Source of the DNA: Psammoneis japonica
Lineage: Eukaryota
Reading direction: 5' to 3'
NCBI GenBank assembly: GCA_008632985.1
Contig: QPGO01000003.1
Span: 372,001 to 436,000, forward strand
DNA length: 64,000 nt
The translations under genes and the position numbers were made by a program. This document shows positions 43,655-57,390 of the stretch, in pieces. Below the pieces are notes generated by a model. The model was not told where the DNA came from. It ran no database searches and saw only the letters and a program-made list of their open reading frames with translations. The first letter of the stretch is position 1; each line of letters begins with the position of its first letter.

Positions 43655-43925
43655 GATCCAAGATGTCGAGGGAACCATGTCGCACTCAGCATTGCTGCCA
43701 CCGCAGATGTTTCTCATCTCTCGTGGACTGGCAGCCACAACATTCTCAGTGTCATTTTGGCACTCTCTCACTCCAACCCAAGATGTCGAGGGAACCATGA
43801 CATTTCTCATCTCTCGTGGACTGGCAGCCACAGCATTCTCAGCATCATTTTGGCATTGTTCTCACTCCAACCCATTCCGATTTTGTCATTTTAGCACTGT
43901 TCTCACTCCAACCCATTCCGATTTG
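43655..43925 (+). repeat. Short nested duplications
   Basis: ccaagatgtcgagggaaccatg...tctcatctctcgtggactggcagccaca x2 and ctcactccaaccca x3. Confidence 0.85.
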
Positions 43926-45719
43926 CCTCCACAACAGTGAAAGCCTGTCAATCTACAATTGCTCTCATGCAAAAGCCCATCAATCTGCAATGTTGTCAGT
44001 GTCACTGCAGCGTCATTCTTGCTCTCACCCACTCCAATTTGCTGCCCCAGTGGCCTTGAACAATGGCAAAAGCCTGTCAACATGGGTGAACGACAATGAT
44101 GTCATGTGCTTGATTGCTGCATTGTGGGCATTCTGTCGCCACATCATCTGTGCATGCCAATGAACCACACATTCAGCATCTTCTTTTCCCCAGCTGTCCA
44201 CAACAAGAATCTTCCCACCCGCAGCGCCACACCCCACAAGATCCAAGTCTTGACACATGAGACAACCACCAACTCAGTTCCCCAACCCGCTTGCATGTCA
44301 GCTCCCAGCGGTGCCAGGAATGCAGCATCGTTTGCACATTTTGGCACACACTGCACTGAACAGAGCTAGAATTCGGGGCGCAGCATTCCCACTCTCGTCA
44401 GCATGCCAACATGCATGCTCCGCATTCCACATCCTTCTCTTTTGGCGGAACCACATCAGAAACCAGCTTGATGTCCCACTTTAGAATTGAGCGCAAAAAT
44501 GCTGCCTTCTGATCAAGCTCCTGCAATGAAGGAGCAAAATTCCCAGCACAGAATTTCTCATGGTGTTGAACGGTGAAAACAAGTCCAAATGCACAGGGGC
44601 TGCGCTTGTTTTGGAGGTTGGTGAAGGACGAGAACTTTGATTTTTTGTCTTGCCCCCCAGGGAGTTGCTTCAACAGCCCTTCATTCCCATTGTGAGTGGC
44701 AGTTCCTGCCCTTGCAACCACGTGTTGCAAGGCATGTCATGTGAAAAGAACATGGTGAACACTGTCATTCCAATGATGGCTGCAAGCAAAAAAATTGAGA
44801 AATGATTTCACCCCAAGCAAATTCCACTTGACGTGCAGTTTGTCCGTCTAACTTGAAATGAAGACCAGGCCTGCGGGGATCATTGACCACTTGTCTTTCT
44901 TTTTGGGTGTGGGTGTGTGCCATTGCATGCTACATTGCCTGCATGCACGCACCGGTGCTGCAGGGCCCTGCTGCCAGGGCCAGCATTGTGGCAGCTGAGT
45001 GGCGTGGCCACCGCACCAGTGACGCGGATGACTGTTGTGTTTGATGTCTCATGCCATTTTGGGGGCTGTGGCGAGGTGCACGGACACTTTTTTTTCCAAT
45101 TTATCACCACAATGGCGCATCACACAAACTCACTTGTTGTTTGATGTGTTTTCCCCAATGTGACTGTTTTGTGTGGAATTCATGATAAATTGTCTTTGTT
45201 TGCAACTGCACGCATTTTTCAACATGCCACGCCGGCAATCCCAATTTTTCAGAACTTTCGAGCTCTCCTGAAAAACCGTTCCACGCACCCGTCGCAGGGA
45301 ATTTGTCGATTTTTTAGGATGTCCCCACAACCTCTCATGTCCTCAATGATCATTCTGTGAATCCGAAGAATTCATCTGTGCTGAACAACCCATCCCATTC
45401 CAAAATCTGAGGGACACACTTTCAAACTCAGATGGGCTGCCCGACTGCCCAACTGCCTGACCCCCCCAACTGCCCGACTGCTGGACCGACACGAAAAAGT
45501 CTGCAATCACCAACCACTGAGTGGTCAATGAAAGGTCCATGGAGTGGCAGGGTGGGGGGGGGGGGGGTTCTCACTCCTGCACACTGAAATTTATGTTTGT
45601 TGCACGTGGTGTTGACTTTGAGGGGTGACAGTTCAGAGATCACTGTGACACCCCATTTTGCCAATTTGCCAATGGTCATTGGTCATTTTGGCAACTGATT
45701 TTTGCTGAACCAAGTGGCG

Positions 45720-45960
45720 AACCAAAGCTCAATTTGTCCCAACTGGTTGGGACCTTTTCTCTGTTGGCGACCATGCCAGCATTGATGAGAGCCATGGTGA
45801 TGCCAACATTGCCACTTCCCCTGCTGCCACAGTTGATGGTGAACCAAAGCTCAATTTGTCCCCACTGGTTGGGACCTTTTCTCTGTTGGTGACCATGCCA
45901 GCATTGATGAGAGCCATGGTGAAGCCAATGTTGCCACTTCCCCTGCTGCTGCAGTTGATG
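45720..45960 (+). repeat. About 122-bp tandem duplication
   Basis: aaccaaagctcaatttgtccc...gggaccttttctctgttgg.gaccatgccagcattgatgagagccatggtga...gccacttcccctgctgc x2. Confidence 0.85.
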
Positions 45961-46034
45961 GCGCTGCTCCCAATGCAGCCAGTGAATGCTTCTGTTTCCC
46001 CACTCCTCCCATCAGCTCCAAACAAAATTTCAGG

Positions 46035-47091
46035 CACTTGCACTGCTCCTTGCCAGTGTTTCTGCATGAGAAATCCATTTTCAATGACAGCAGCCATTTG
46101 CAGAGAAGTTCAATGACAAATGATTTTAAACTCAGCAACCAAGAGCAATCTGCTCCAGTTGCCCGAGGTGAGCTGGACACCAGCCGCATGCTTGAGCACA
46201 TCTCTGAAATTTGCCACTGGCCACAGGCAAAGTGCCAAGGCCATTTGTTGCACAAGGGCAAGTGTGGCCAGGGCCAGCACCAGATTGGTTTTTTGATGAG
46301 CAAGCTGAGACAGGCGCGGCTCCTGCCGTTCATCTCTGTGATCCCAAAACATGTTCGTCCACTCCAGTGACACGACAGCAGCTCACAAGCAACCGCGACC
46401 AAGGTGGCGGTGCTTTGTTGAAAGACATGGCTGGTGTGGCACCCAATGAGGGAATTGAGCATGGATTCAAACTCTCAGCGCCATTCCCAAGAAGAGCTTG
46501 GTGAAAAAAAATCTCCACTGGGAAGATGACTTGGACGAGCCCCATTTCCATTGAAGCACAGCCACTTGCACTGCTCCTTGCCAGTGTTTCTACATGAGAA
46601 ATCCATTTTCAAGAACCGTGGCCATTTGCAGAGAAGTTCAATGACAAATGGTTTTAAACTCAGTGACCAAGAGCAATCTGCTCCAGTTGCTCGAGGTGAG
46701 CTGGACACCGGCCGCATGCTTGAGCGCATCTCTGAAATTTGCCACTGGCCACAGGCAAAGTGCCAAGGCCATTTGTTGCACAAGGGCGAGTGTGGCCATG
46801 GCCAGCACCAGATTGGTTTTTTGATGAGCAAGCTGAGACAGGCGTGGCTCCTGCTGTTCATCTCTGTGATCCCAAAACATGTTTGTCCACTCCAGCGACA
46901 TGACAGCCGCTCACAATGGCAACCAAGGTGATGGTGCTTTGTTGAAAGACATGGCTGGTGTGGCACCCAATGAGGGAATTGAGCTTGGATTCAAACTCTC
47001 AATGCCATCCATCCCCAAGAAGAGCTCGGTGAAAAAAAAATCTCCACTGGGAAGATGACTTGGACGAGCCCCATTTCCATTGAAGCACAGC
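46035..47091 (+). repeat. 528-bp tandem duplication (46035-46562 and 46563-47091)
   Basis: cacttgcactgctccttgccagtgtttct...ccatttccattgaagcacag at both units; near-identical ORF translations. Confidence 0.92.
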
Positions 47092-48399
47092 ACTGCACAA
47101 CAACCACATGCAGTTCAAACACAAGCTGGACAAAGACATTGAAGTGGGCTCATCCAAGAACAACAGTTCATCCCCAGCAGCAGGCTCCACAGCCAACATT
47201 GTTGCATCCTCTGCTTTGGCAGACTCATCCACTGCTGGTTCAACTCTTTTTTCCAAGGTGCCAGGAGATCTGCTGGGAAGATGACTTTGACTCCTGGGCT
47301 TTGAAGTTGGTTCTTGCAGTTGGTGTGTCCTCCCTGCTAAAATGAACAGAGGAAGAGTCATTGGCAAAGCTGTTGTCCTCATCCAACAGACATGAAGCAT
47401 CCTCTCTGGCCACTGTTGCACTTGCTGATCCATCTGTCTCATCCCATTGGAAAGGAGTTGGGTGCTCTGATTGGTCGAATGCACCAATTTGTCTGATGAC
47501 TCCATGTTTGTCTTGATGTTTGGGATTGAGGCCGGCCAAATCTGTTGCCACTTGTCCATGATCCAAGAGGAGAATTGCAATCGGGGTCCACCACAGGAGG
47601 AGAAACAACATGCACTGTGTTTGAGCACAAATGATGATGCAAAGAAGGACCGTGGTAAATTGTTGACCCAGTGGATTTCACCTCAGTCCAGAGAATCTGT
47701 GTCCCCGCACTGGTGCAGATGTCAAGCTCACATTTTGGCAAAGTGTGGCCAGAAACTGCTCGTTCTTTGCTGGAGTGTCCTTTGATCAGTGTGTTCATTG
47801 CACCCAATGATTTGAGTGTCACTGGGTTGCTTGCGTTTCCCAACTGCCACTTTGTCAGAGCTGACTCACTTCATTTTGCCATCAGAGAGAAAGTTCTGAC
47901 AGCCACCCGACAGCATCCAGCACCAAGATTTGCATCGGAAGTTGGGGGCAGAGATGCTTCTGCCAACACACAGCCCAGACAGTTGAGCAAGTCGAGGAGG
48001 CTCAGCACTCAGCACTCAGCACCCACATCAAGGTTCTTCAAGCGACTCTTCATCTCTTGGAGGACCGACATTCAAGTCAAGTGAGCCCACATCACCTCTT
48101 GCGGAATCAGTGCAGAACATGGATTTGATGGTGTTGCAAGCTTTCAGTGCTTGACACTTTACAACAGGCTCTTGGTGCTCGAGCCAGGCATGAGGAATGC
48201 CAGCAATGGACTTCACAGAGGCATGCATTCTGCATTGTTGACCAGTGCACACAACACCACAACACACTCAGGCACAAGAGCACAAAGCCAGCGAAGCAAG
48301 ACGCCACAAAACCAACCACGCCAGCCCGCATTCCTGATCTTCCGTAGACACTGCATGCTGGGAACCCCAACAAGATCCCTTGAACTGCTTCTCCCATCA

Positions 48400-51300
48400 A
48401 GATGAGCGACACCAATTGGGGCAGTTAGAGGTGTTTCCAGATGCACCTCCCATCAGCAAAGAACTGCAATCACATTGACCACCCCACCCTGTGGACCCGG
48501 CCCATCCGACACCACCACCAACTTCCTGCACAGTCACAGGTTGTGCACCATCAAGCATTTTGTTGACTTCACTTCCCTGCCCCTCATTGCAGTCTTCAAC
48601 ATGATGGGGCACAAACCACTCAAGAACCTTGGAGCTGAGGCAGTGCGCATTCATGCCTTTGGCACACACTCCAAAGACCACCTCTCTGATGAGGACGGTG
48701 CCATCGATGTCACCCATTTTGACCCGGACAAATTCCATGCTCTCAGGCAACAACATGCACGAACCATCCGCGTCACACTCCGTGATGCCTCAAATGAATG
48801 GCGTGCATCCAGCAGCAACACTCCATTGCCAACTGCCAGTGTGCCAGTGCCCTCTCCTTCCACCTCTCATGTGAACGCCTCCACCCCTGCACCCACTGCA
48901 GCCATGGACACCTCCACCATGATCAATGCTGTGCTGACCAAGGATGTGCCCAATGCCCTCACCATGGCTGCACCATCAAATCCACCACCCATTCACAATT
49001 CCCCCCACCGGCATGCACCCCCACCTGCTCCGGGTGTGTCCTTTGGAGGTGCGCACACCAATCCCACCCTGGACACTCTCCACTCCCACCACCCTTCACT
49101 CCCTGACATGCAACATCCTGGCAATGCAGGGGAGTGTCCCAGAGATGATGTTTCTGCATCCGGATCCAACAGCACCATGGCATCCTGCATCGACACCGGA
49201 CACCATCACTTCCCATGCAACCCACAGCTGCATCATTCCAAAGAATGTTGCCACGATGTGCACAAGCGTCATGGCATGTCAGTCAATCAAGGCAGCATGG
49301 GATGGAGAAGGGAAGTCATCCCCAAACTTCAAATCTGCACTTGAAGGACACTGGATGATGCAACAAGCAAGCCACACTGCGGATCCCAAGTTCCTTCAAT
49401 TGCACTGCAAACACAGTGAATGCATTCTTGAGTTGATGCCATCACTTCAACCTCACATCACATTGGCCCAACTGGAAATGGACCGTGAGTGTGTGTGTGG
49501 GAGTCTGGCATCAGCTTGCTGCAAAGGAGTGGGCAAACAATTCCTTGCACCCCACACGAAGGACAGAGACGGCTTCAAAGCATGGCGGGCCTTCCTCAAA
49601 CACCACAAAGGTGACAGGACCGCGGATCTGCTTGAGTCCAACTGGGAAGATGAGATCAACACTTGACACACACCCAACATTGCACCAGTGGCATGACTGC
49701 CTTCATCAACAACTGCAAAACAGCCTTCATGGAGATCAACCACATCAACACAGAAGCAGCCACTCACAATGGCATGCCCTTGCACTCCACCTGCCAATGG
49801 ACATCAGATGAAGCACACAAGTCCCGTCTCCTTGCAAACCCACACACAGAATTGACCAGAGATGTTGTTGCTCAGCGAGGTTCACTGCCCTGAAAACATG
49901 CTCATGCACACCTTTGCAAGTGTGCGAAGTCACACAACAAGTGTCGTTCAAGCATCAGCCAACACTGTGCTGAACGGGCAAGCCAAGATCCCTCAGACAC
50001 CAACAGCAACACTGAGAGTGCATTCCAAGCCATCCTTGACTCACACATTTGCTGGCAGATGCACTCGCAATGGCAACAACACACCTGGCAAACTTGACAT
50101 CCCTCCTGTGATCCTCAAACTGCTCTCCAATGAAGGTGAAGCCATTTGCCAATGCGACAAGATTGTGGATTGCATGGCTTCTCAAGCCAAGGACAAAGAT
50201 GCAGCAAATGACAAGCCGGATGACAACCCTGGTCACAAACTGTCACTCCCTCAACAACACCCTGCCTGCAAAGCCCAAACTGTCACAACTGTCCCTGTTG
50301 GTGCCACTGACAATGCGGAACACCCAAATGACATCCATTGATTCCACTGATGCGCATGCCTCCACCAAAGATGATGAGGACACTGCTGTCCATTCCTTGC
50401 TGAAGGTGTCTCAAGACCTGGCTGGCCTCTTCTGCTCTGTCAACATGACCCAATCTGTCATCACCGGTGCACCAGTCCATGAAGTGCATGCCTTGCATCT
50501 CGGATGGGGGGCGGGTGCAGGTGTCTTTGGCACTGGATGGCATTTGTTTGGTGATGCCGGATGCAAAGCCAATCTGGTTGGCTTTGACAAAACCCCAGCA
50601 TGCAGAGACAGACTGGACATCACCAGTGGCATCACCGCCGTCAACCTCACCGACGGTGCAGTTGTTCTCCTGTGCATGCATGAAGGTGTGTCCAACCCTG
50701 TGGCATCTTTCTCCCTCATCTCTGAGTGCCAATGTCAAAAAGCTGGATGCATCATGGACTCTGTCACAAACCACCACCTCAGTGCCCAAGGCCAATGTGG
50801 CATGGTTCATTGCCCTGGATGGCATTGTCATTCCCTTCACCAACCAAGGGACCCTCATGACCTTCAACCACTGCATGCCTGCGGCCAACAAGAAACTGCG
50901 CACCCTCAAACCCACCCCGATCACCACGGAAGGCCCCAGGGACCCAGCTGCTCACTGTGCCGCAGCACCACCCCACAAACTCAATGTCATTGCGCCAGGG
51001 CTGCCATTCAATGCCATTGCCATCAACCATGACACAAGGGGGGATGGTGCCAGCCAAGAAAAAGGAGCCAACAATGCAGCCACAGTGTCAGCCAACAATG
51101 CACTCCAGGAAGAAGACATGTCCTCCATGCACGCATTGGTCTCTCATGACAAGGATGATGACAACTTGTCCATTTGTGCTGATGATGCCTCAGAACACAG
51201 CTCAACCCCTGGCTCCTTTCCCAAACTCAACACACACGATGACAAGTCCACTGATTCTCCTGAAGACACTGTGAGCAATGTGCCACTTGTGACAAGGAGA

Positions 51301-53930
51301 AAGCCGCCCATCAGTGGACCCAACAAAGAACCGGCGACATGAGTGCTCCCCACAATGATGACATGATGCCTGCCTCAGAGGTGATGGATGCACAACAAGA
51401 ACCCAACTCACCCCGGGGTGATGAAGCCAATGATTGCAACATGACAGTTGAACACTTGTGGCACCCAGTCAACCACACACTGCACCCATGCTGCATTGAC
51501 AAAGCACTGCAACCAGACACCACACTGGAGGCACCACTGCCATCTGATGGCAAGTTTCATGATTGCCCCACCAATCTTGACAATGCCCTTGTTCACCCCC
51601 TCATTGGAGTCGAACTGCAGTTCATGGACAAATTGGTCGGACACCATGAAATGCCCCAACACAACACCAATGCATGTGTGAGCAGGAAACAACGGGTGCC
51701 ACACTGCCTGTGGAACCAATGTTCTGCTTCAACAATGCAGTGGAACACATCCCGAAGGAATGGCAAAAGAGGGCTTTTCACCTGACCATGGACTGCACCC
51801 ATGCAGCAACTGTGAAAGCGATGGAGATCAACAAATGCTTGGACAGACTCAAAGACAACGAATTGTTTGGCCACAATGCACCTTTTGACTTGCATGCACA
51901 TGCCACCCATGCCACCAAGAAAGCCCACTTGGAAGGGGAGCTCAAAGCACTGCACCCTCTGTTCATGTGCCAACCTCAAGAAGTGGTCAAACGAACCCCA
52001 GAGGCCACCACCCAACTGGCCAAGTCACACTTCCACATGCCTTTGCAGCAACACTTCAAGGCTCGACATCCTCAACTGAGTTGCATGCATCTCAAAGAAA
52101 TGGTGGCAACCGACACCTTCTTCTCTGTGGTGTGAAGAGCCTCTCTCTGGATGCACCTGTGCAGAGGTTTGTTGGGAATCTCATCACACATGATCAACTT
52201 CTGCCACCCCATGCACACAGAATCCGAGTTCCTGGCAACATGTGAAGATTTCATTGGTGGAGCACCACGCATGCTCTGTGGGGACAATGCCAAGGCCCAG
52301 CAATCCAAAGCCATTGTGGACATCAACCAAAAATTCATGATTGGTGATCAATGCACCAAACCCCACCATCCACAACAAAATCCAGCCAAACTCCATGCTC
52401 CATGCTGCCAAGTTCATCAAGACCCACTCCCAAACAGCATCAGACTGGACCAGTGCACCAAGTGTGGTTTGGCTGGAATGCTGCACATGTGTGGCAGACG
52501 TCCACAACATGATGGCCAATGAAACCATTGGGTGGTCTGCTCCCACCAAAGTCAGGCACGGTGACACCCCTGATGCATCAGCATTCATGGATTTCCACTT
52601 TTCCCAAAAGATCCTGCACCTGGACACAAACCTGCCCTTCCCACACAGCAGAGAATTGCTGGGACACTGGTCAGGCATCAAGCACAACATGGGAGATGCA
52701 CTGATGCACAAGATGATGGACCATCAAGTGCAACGTGGGAGATGCATTGACGCACAAGATGATGGACCGGTGCACTTGGGCTTCTTCCTTTCCAGAATGA
52801 ATGACCTCCAGGTCTGTGCTGCAGATGTTGGTGACACCTTCCTCAAAGGTGCCATCTGCAAGAAGTGCTGTGTCATTGCAGGCCCAGAATTTGGTGAGCT
52901 CCAGGGATGCATCCTCTCATCATCCAGAAAGTTCTGTGTGGCTTGCATGCCTCCAGTGCCCGCTTCCATGAAAACTTGTCCACTTGCCTCCACAAACTTG
53001 GTTTCTGACCATCCAAGCCCAGTGCCAATTTTTGGATCAAACGTGCCAGCGACCACTGCGAGCACATCACCACCTTTGTTGATGATGTTGCCATCTTTTC
53101 CAAGCACCCCATGGCCATCATTGATGAGTTGCACAAGCATTGTACACTCAAAGGTGCAGGAACTGCGGAATGTCACTTGGGGGGGCATGTCATTTGCCCA
53201 AGTGATGCATGGAAGAATGACGGAGTTAGCACCACACTGTCAGCCAAGACTTCCATCAAAAACACTGTGTCCAAAGTTGAGGGCATGTTTGATGCTAACC
53301 TGAGACTCCACAAGACACCCATGTGCAAACTGCACCATCCAGAGCTTGATGAGAGTCCACCATGCAACCCCGATGATGCACCCCAATTCTGCAGCCTGAT
53401 TGGCAGTGCCAACTGGGCTGTTTTTCTTGGATGCATGCACATCCACAGTGCCACTGCAACTCTGGCACGCTGCTCCATGGACCCTCACAAAGGCCACCTG
53501 CAAGCTGCAAGATGCATCTTCTGACACCTCAAAAAGTTCCCCAAAGGTCAAGCAATCATTGACCCATTGCATCCAGAGCTGCCAGATGCTGAAATGCCTG
53601 ACACCACCAATTGGAAGGAGATGCACCCCAATGCCAAAGAGGAATTGCCAACTGGTGCCCCTGAGCCCCTGGGAAAACCAGCATCCATGACCTTCTGGGT
53701 GGACGTCGACCAAGCACATGACAAGGTCACACACCAATCTGTCTCCAGCAACAAAATGTTTGTGAAGTTGACCTGTGAACAAATGACAAAGGATGGTCAA
53801 AACATCAATGCATGGATCAGAGTCAGTGGCAGCCCACATGGCAGTTGAACAAATGATCAAGTGGAGGTGTGACTTGCACATGCTTGGAGCACCTTTGCCT
53901 GCTGCAGCATTGTGTTGCGGACAAACTGAA
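48400..53930 (+). mobile_element. Decayed Ty1/copia (CoDi-like) LTR retrotransposon: gag-PR-IN-RT-RH, with an internal deletion near 52770
   Basis: gag DRDGFKAWRAFL; PR region ANLVGFD, HEGV, SLISECQ; IN ATTQLAK, VATDTFFS, DNAKAQ, PHHPQQNPA, GDTPDAS; RT ADVGDTFL, IAGPEFG, LCGL, FVDD, HPELDESP, SLIGSANW; RH VDVDQAHDKVT, SMHGSESVAA. LTRs were not recognised. Confidence 0.9.
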
Positions 53931-54299
53931 GGAGATGACAACAACAAACCTGAGTTTGCCAGAATTGAGAGGAAACAGCAAGTGTCTCCACACTGGTTCC
54001 TCCATGCCAAACAAAAGACAGCTGTTTTTCACTCCAGCAACCTTCCCAGACCAGAGCTCATGAGCATGGGAGAGGGGCGAGGATCCCACAGTGGTGGGGC
54101 ACAGTTTTGGGTGTCGCACTTGGAGATGGCAGCTTTTTTAAAGATTTTCAGGTCTCAAAAGTGTTTTTTGGAGCTTGTTTTCTCTTTCTTTGTTCCAAAA
54201 AGTCCAACTCAGGCACATTTTCTGACAACAATCATCATCTCCCAACAACAACAGATCAAAATTAGCACAACTCAAAAATGACAAGCAATGAAGTGGTGA

Positions 54300-57200
54300 G
54301 CCATGCTGCCCTGCAAAAGAACTCCGGAACGCCAAATTTGTGCAGAAGGAGAACCAGGGCTCCAGCAGAAATGCCAAAAAAGTCCGGTCACAAAGAACAC
54401 AGCTTGAGCGGCATGGTCCACAGACACCAAGGCTTTGGCTGCAGGTGAGTTTTGTTGAAATGAGAGAGAAAGGCAGTGTTGGAAAGGTGTTGAAGGCAGG
54501 GTGCATTGTCACCTGCTCTGTCAACAGGACCAGGGTGGCAGTCATGCAGCAACATGGTGCGGTGCTTGCATTGATGTTTGTGTTGTTGCCAGAGGAGCTT
54601 GGCAGCAGGCTTGACAGATGCAGCAGATCCTTTGCACTGCCAAAACATGGTGCCAAGGTTGAAGTGCACTCCAGTTGCGTGCGTTTGTGAAGGTCGTGCA
54701 TGTTGGTGGCAGCAACATTGTGGACGATGCTGCTGGTGAGCTTGAGGCCAGTGTTGATGATGGGACCTTGGAGCTTTTTGTGCATTGCAAGTGAATCTGC
54801 AAAATCCTTTGGGAAATGCATGTGCCATGCAATGGGGCTTGGATTGTGTTTGATGTGGTTGTGACCGGAGGGGAAGCATCGCAATTTTGCAGCTCAGGGC
54901 ACTGCAGTTTCAAAGTTGGTGTGGGGATGATGACTCCCCCCAGCACCATGCCTGGAGGCATCACAGCATCCATGAACTGTGGGTGGCAGTGGCACCAGAG
55001 CTCCCTGAAATCATTCAAGATGGAGTGCACATTGTTGGTGACCATGAGGCACATCCATGCATCTGGGGTGGTGTGGCACAGTGCTTCTTGCAATTTGGAG
55101 AACAGGCCTCTGGCACTGGGCAAGGTGACAGTGAGTGACTGCAGCTCTCCCACCAGCTTGTGGCAATGCATTTGTGTTTGCAAGGGCAGTCCTGGTGGAG
55201 AGTCTTAGCAAGTTTTGACCTGTGGCATGGGGTGAGTCTGAGGGTCATTGACAGTGCATTGATGAGCCACCCTGACGCTTCCTTTTGTGTGGACCATGCA
55301 GCTTCTCCAGCCTTCAGCTTCTTAACCAAGACTGGTGCCTTGCATGCCACATTGTCCTGATTGTCTGGAGGACAAAGGATGTTGTCAATGGCATGCAAGA
55401 GGATGCAGTGGATGTTGCACTTTTCCTCTGTGGACCCCTTTGCCACACCCATGAAGTTGTCAACATGTGTGTCGGTGCAGGAGAGGCAATGATGATGGTG
55501 CAGGTTTAGATGTGGGTCCAGTGTTGCAGGCACTGGCACTGCCAATCCTGGTGGCAGCATGCACTTGGGGACCCAGCTGCTTGCCAGTTGCTCCAGGGGA
55601 TGGGGCGGCACTGTTTCGGCCCGCACCAAGGAGGTGTTGGCAAGATCCATGATCATTTCCATTGCAGTGCCAGCAAAAGCTGGTGGTGAGTTGGTCCATC
55701 CCACAGGAAGGCAGGTGGGCACAGCCACCAACAATGGATTGCCAGGCAGGTTTGGAAACACAACTCCAAGCAAAATGTGCTTGGTCAGGATTTGGCTGGA
55801 GGTGGCAGAAGCCGTCAGCCAAATCAACCTTCACAAGGTAGACCCAGCCTTGTGCAGGGTCAGCAAGTGAGATGCATCACAAGAGGTGGTCAAATGCGTG
55901 CCCAAACTGCATCGCTTCAACCAGGGCATTTGGCTGGGTGGCGTTGTTGGTGCTGCAGAAGGTGCAACAGACGACAGGTCATGGGTGGTGGCCATGCTGC
56001 AGGATGACCACAATGGGGCTAAGTCGAAGTCCCAATGCATCTTGGACTTCGGCATGCAGCAGACAACTCAAAAACCTTCCTCATTGTAATTGGTCATTCC
56101 TTGTGCAAGAACTCTGTGTGCTTGCAAGTGGACTTGTGCCCCCCCCCTCTGTCCAAGCTTGCCACTGGCTCCTCTTGGCTCCATGGTGCACACGCAATGG
56201 CAACTGGGACTCCAAGTTGTTTGCAGCCCTGCAGCACCCTGTGAGCCGGGTGCTGGTGGGCTTTGTGCAATGGTCCCCAGTCTCCCCTGCTGCTGCAATG
56301 ACACAACAAGTGGCTGAGTCCTCCAAGACACAGCAGATTGGTGTCATGACTGACATGCTCACCCAGTTTGTCAACTTTTGTGCTGAACTTGCAATGGCCT
56401 GTTTACGCGCAGCAAGGTGGCTTTGCAAGCATGTGGAACACTGCACCTGCAGCACTGTCAATGCACAGGTTGACAGCTGCAAAGGCTGTCAAACCTGAGT
56501 CCCTGAACTCAGGCCCTGGGAAGACTTGGCCGCTTGGGCCAAACTTGTCCAAAACTGTGGCAAGTGCTGCTCATTGTGCACTTGACACAAGTGCACAAGC
56601 TTGACCACTCCTTGCTCACCAAAGGCCTGTCAAGGCATCTTGCTGAGGTCTGAGGCACATTGCCAGGCCACTGCATCAAGTTGCTGCTGATGCTGCTCAG
56701 CTGTGAGGCCATCGATGGCCTCTGCCACTGGGCACACCTGCTGAGCTGCAGTGCTTGCCCGTTCCGATCGGGAAGGTCCAAGCTCACCTTGTGGTTGCAG
56801 AACTGGATGAGGGCCATGTTGGGAGGCTGCAGCAAAGTCAGGTGGTCTGGGAGGGGGCGGATGGCTGCCACTTGACTTGCATTGGTGGCAGCCCCAAACA
56901 CTCCAGTGAAGGCTTGCTTGGGTGCAAGGGCCACCAGCAGTGGCAAGTGGGCACACCCAAAGGGGATGTGCATGGTGAGCCGGGTGTGCACTTTGATGGT
57001 GCTCACATCATTGTGGCCCGGTGGGGGCACTGGGTCCTTGGGATCGGCGGTGATTGCAGCGACCATGGCTGCATCGTCGAGGACCCTCGTGCCAGCTGGA
57101 GCCAGACCTGCTTCCTCCTGTGGGAATGGGACTGTGGAGCACTGATTCAGTGCTAGATCGCCTGTGATCACGCAGGTGTTTCCATCCCACGGCTGGGGTG

Positions 57201-57390
57201 GTCCCACCACCGTTGTGGGGTGACGGGAGACTCGATGACAGACTTGATGGATGACGCCCACGTCCTGGGTTTGCCGCGCGACAGTGGCGCGACAGCGCGA
57301 GGGGGACGTTGTGCTCAGAGGCGGCGTTGATTCGCTCGGTGAGTGGTTGTGGGCCATGACGGGAAGGTCCTTGGATGCGGGCCGCAAAGC
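54300..57390 (-). mobile_element. Decayed DIRS/Ngaro-like retrotransposon RT-RNase H region (tyrosine recombinase gene not seen)
   Basis: HKSTCKHTEFLHKE, KVDLADGFC, GVVFP..LPVGWTNSPPAF, HVDNF (=YVDDF), LLHAIDNIL.P, KKLKAGEAAW.TQK..GW, LVGELQSL..LPSARGLFS.LQEAL and GPIINTGLKL. Confidence 0.72.

Noticed and set aside
43091..43925. Possible CRISPR-like array
   Set aside because: Units are contiguous degenerate repeats without unique spacers, there are no cas genes, and the context is eukaryotic.
47640..47780. ELDI...LWTEVKS resembling a PD-(D/E)xK nuclease motif
   Set aside because: Too short, and in heavily mutated sequence; it needs an HMM search.
48160..48190. Possible LTR end and primer-binding site (acaaca...tggtgctcgagcc) for the copia element
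   Set aside because: Poor match to tRNA-iMet, and no matching 3' LTR was found.
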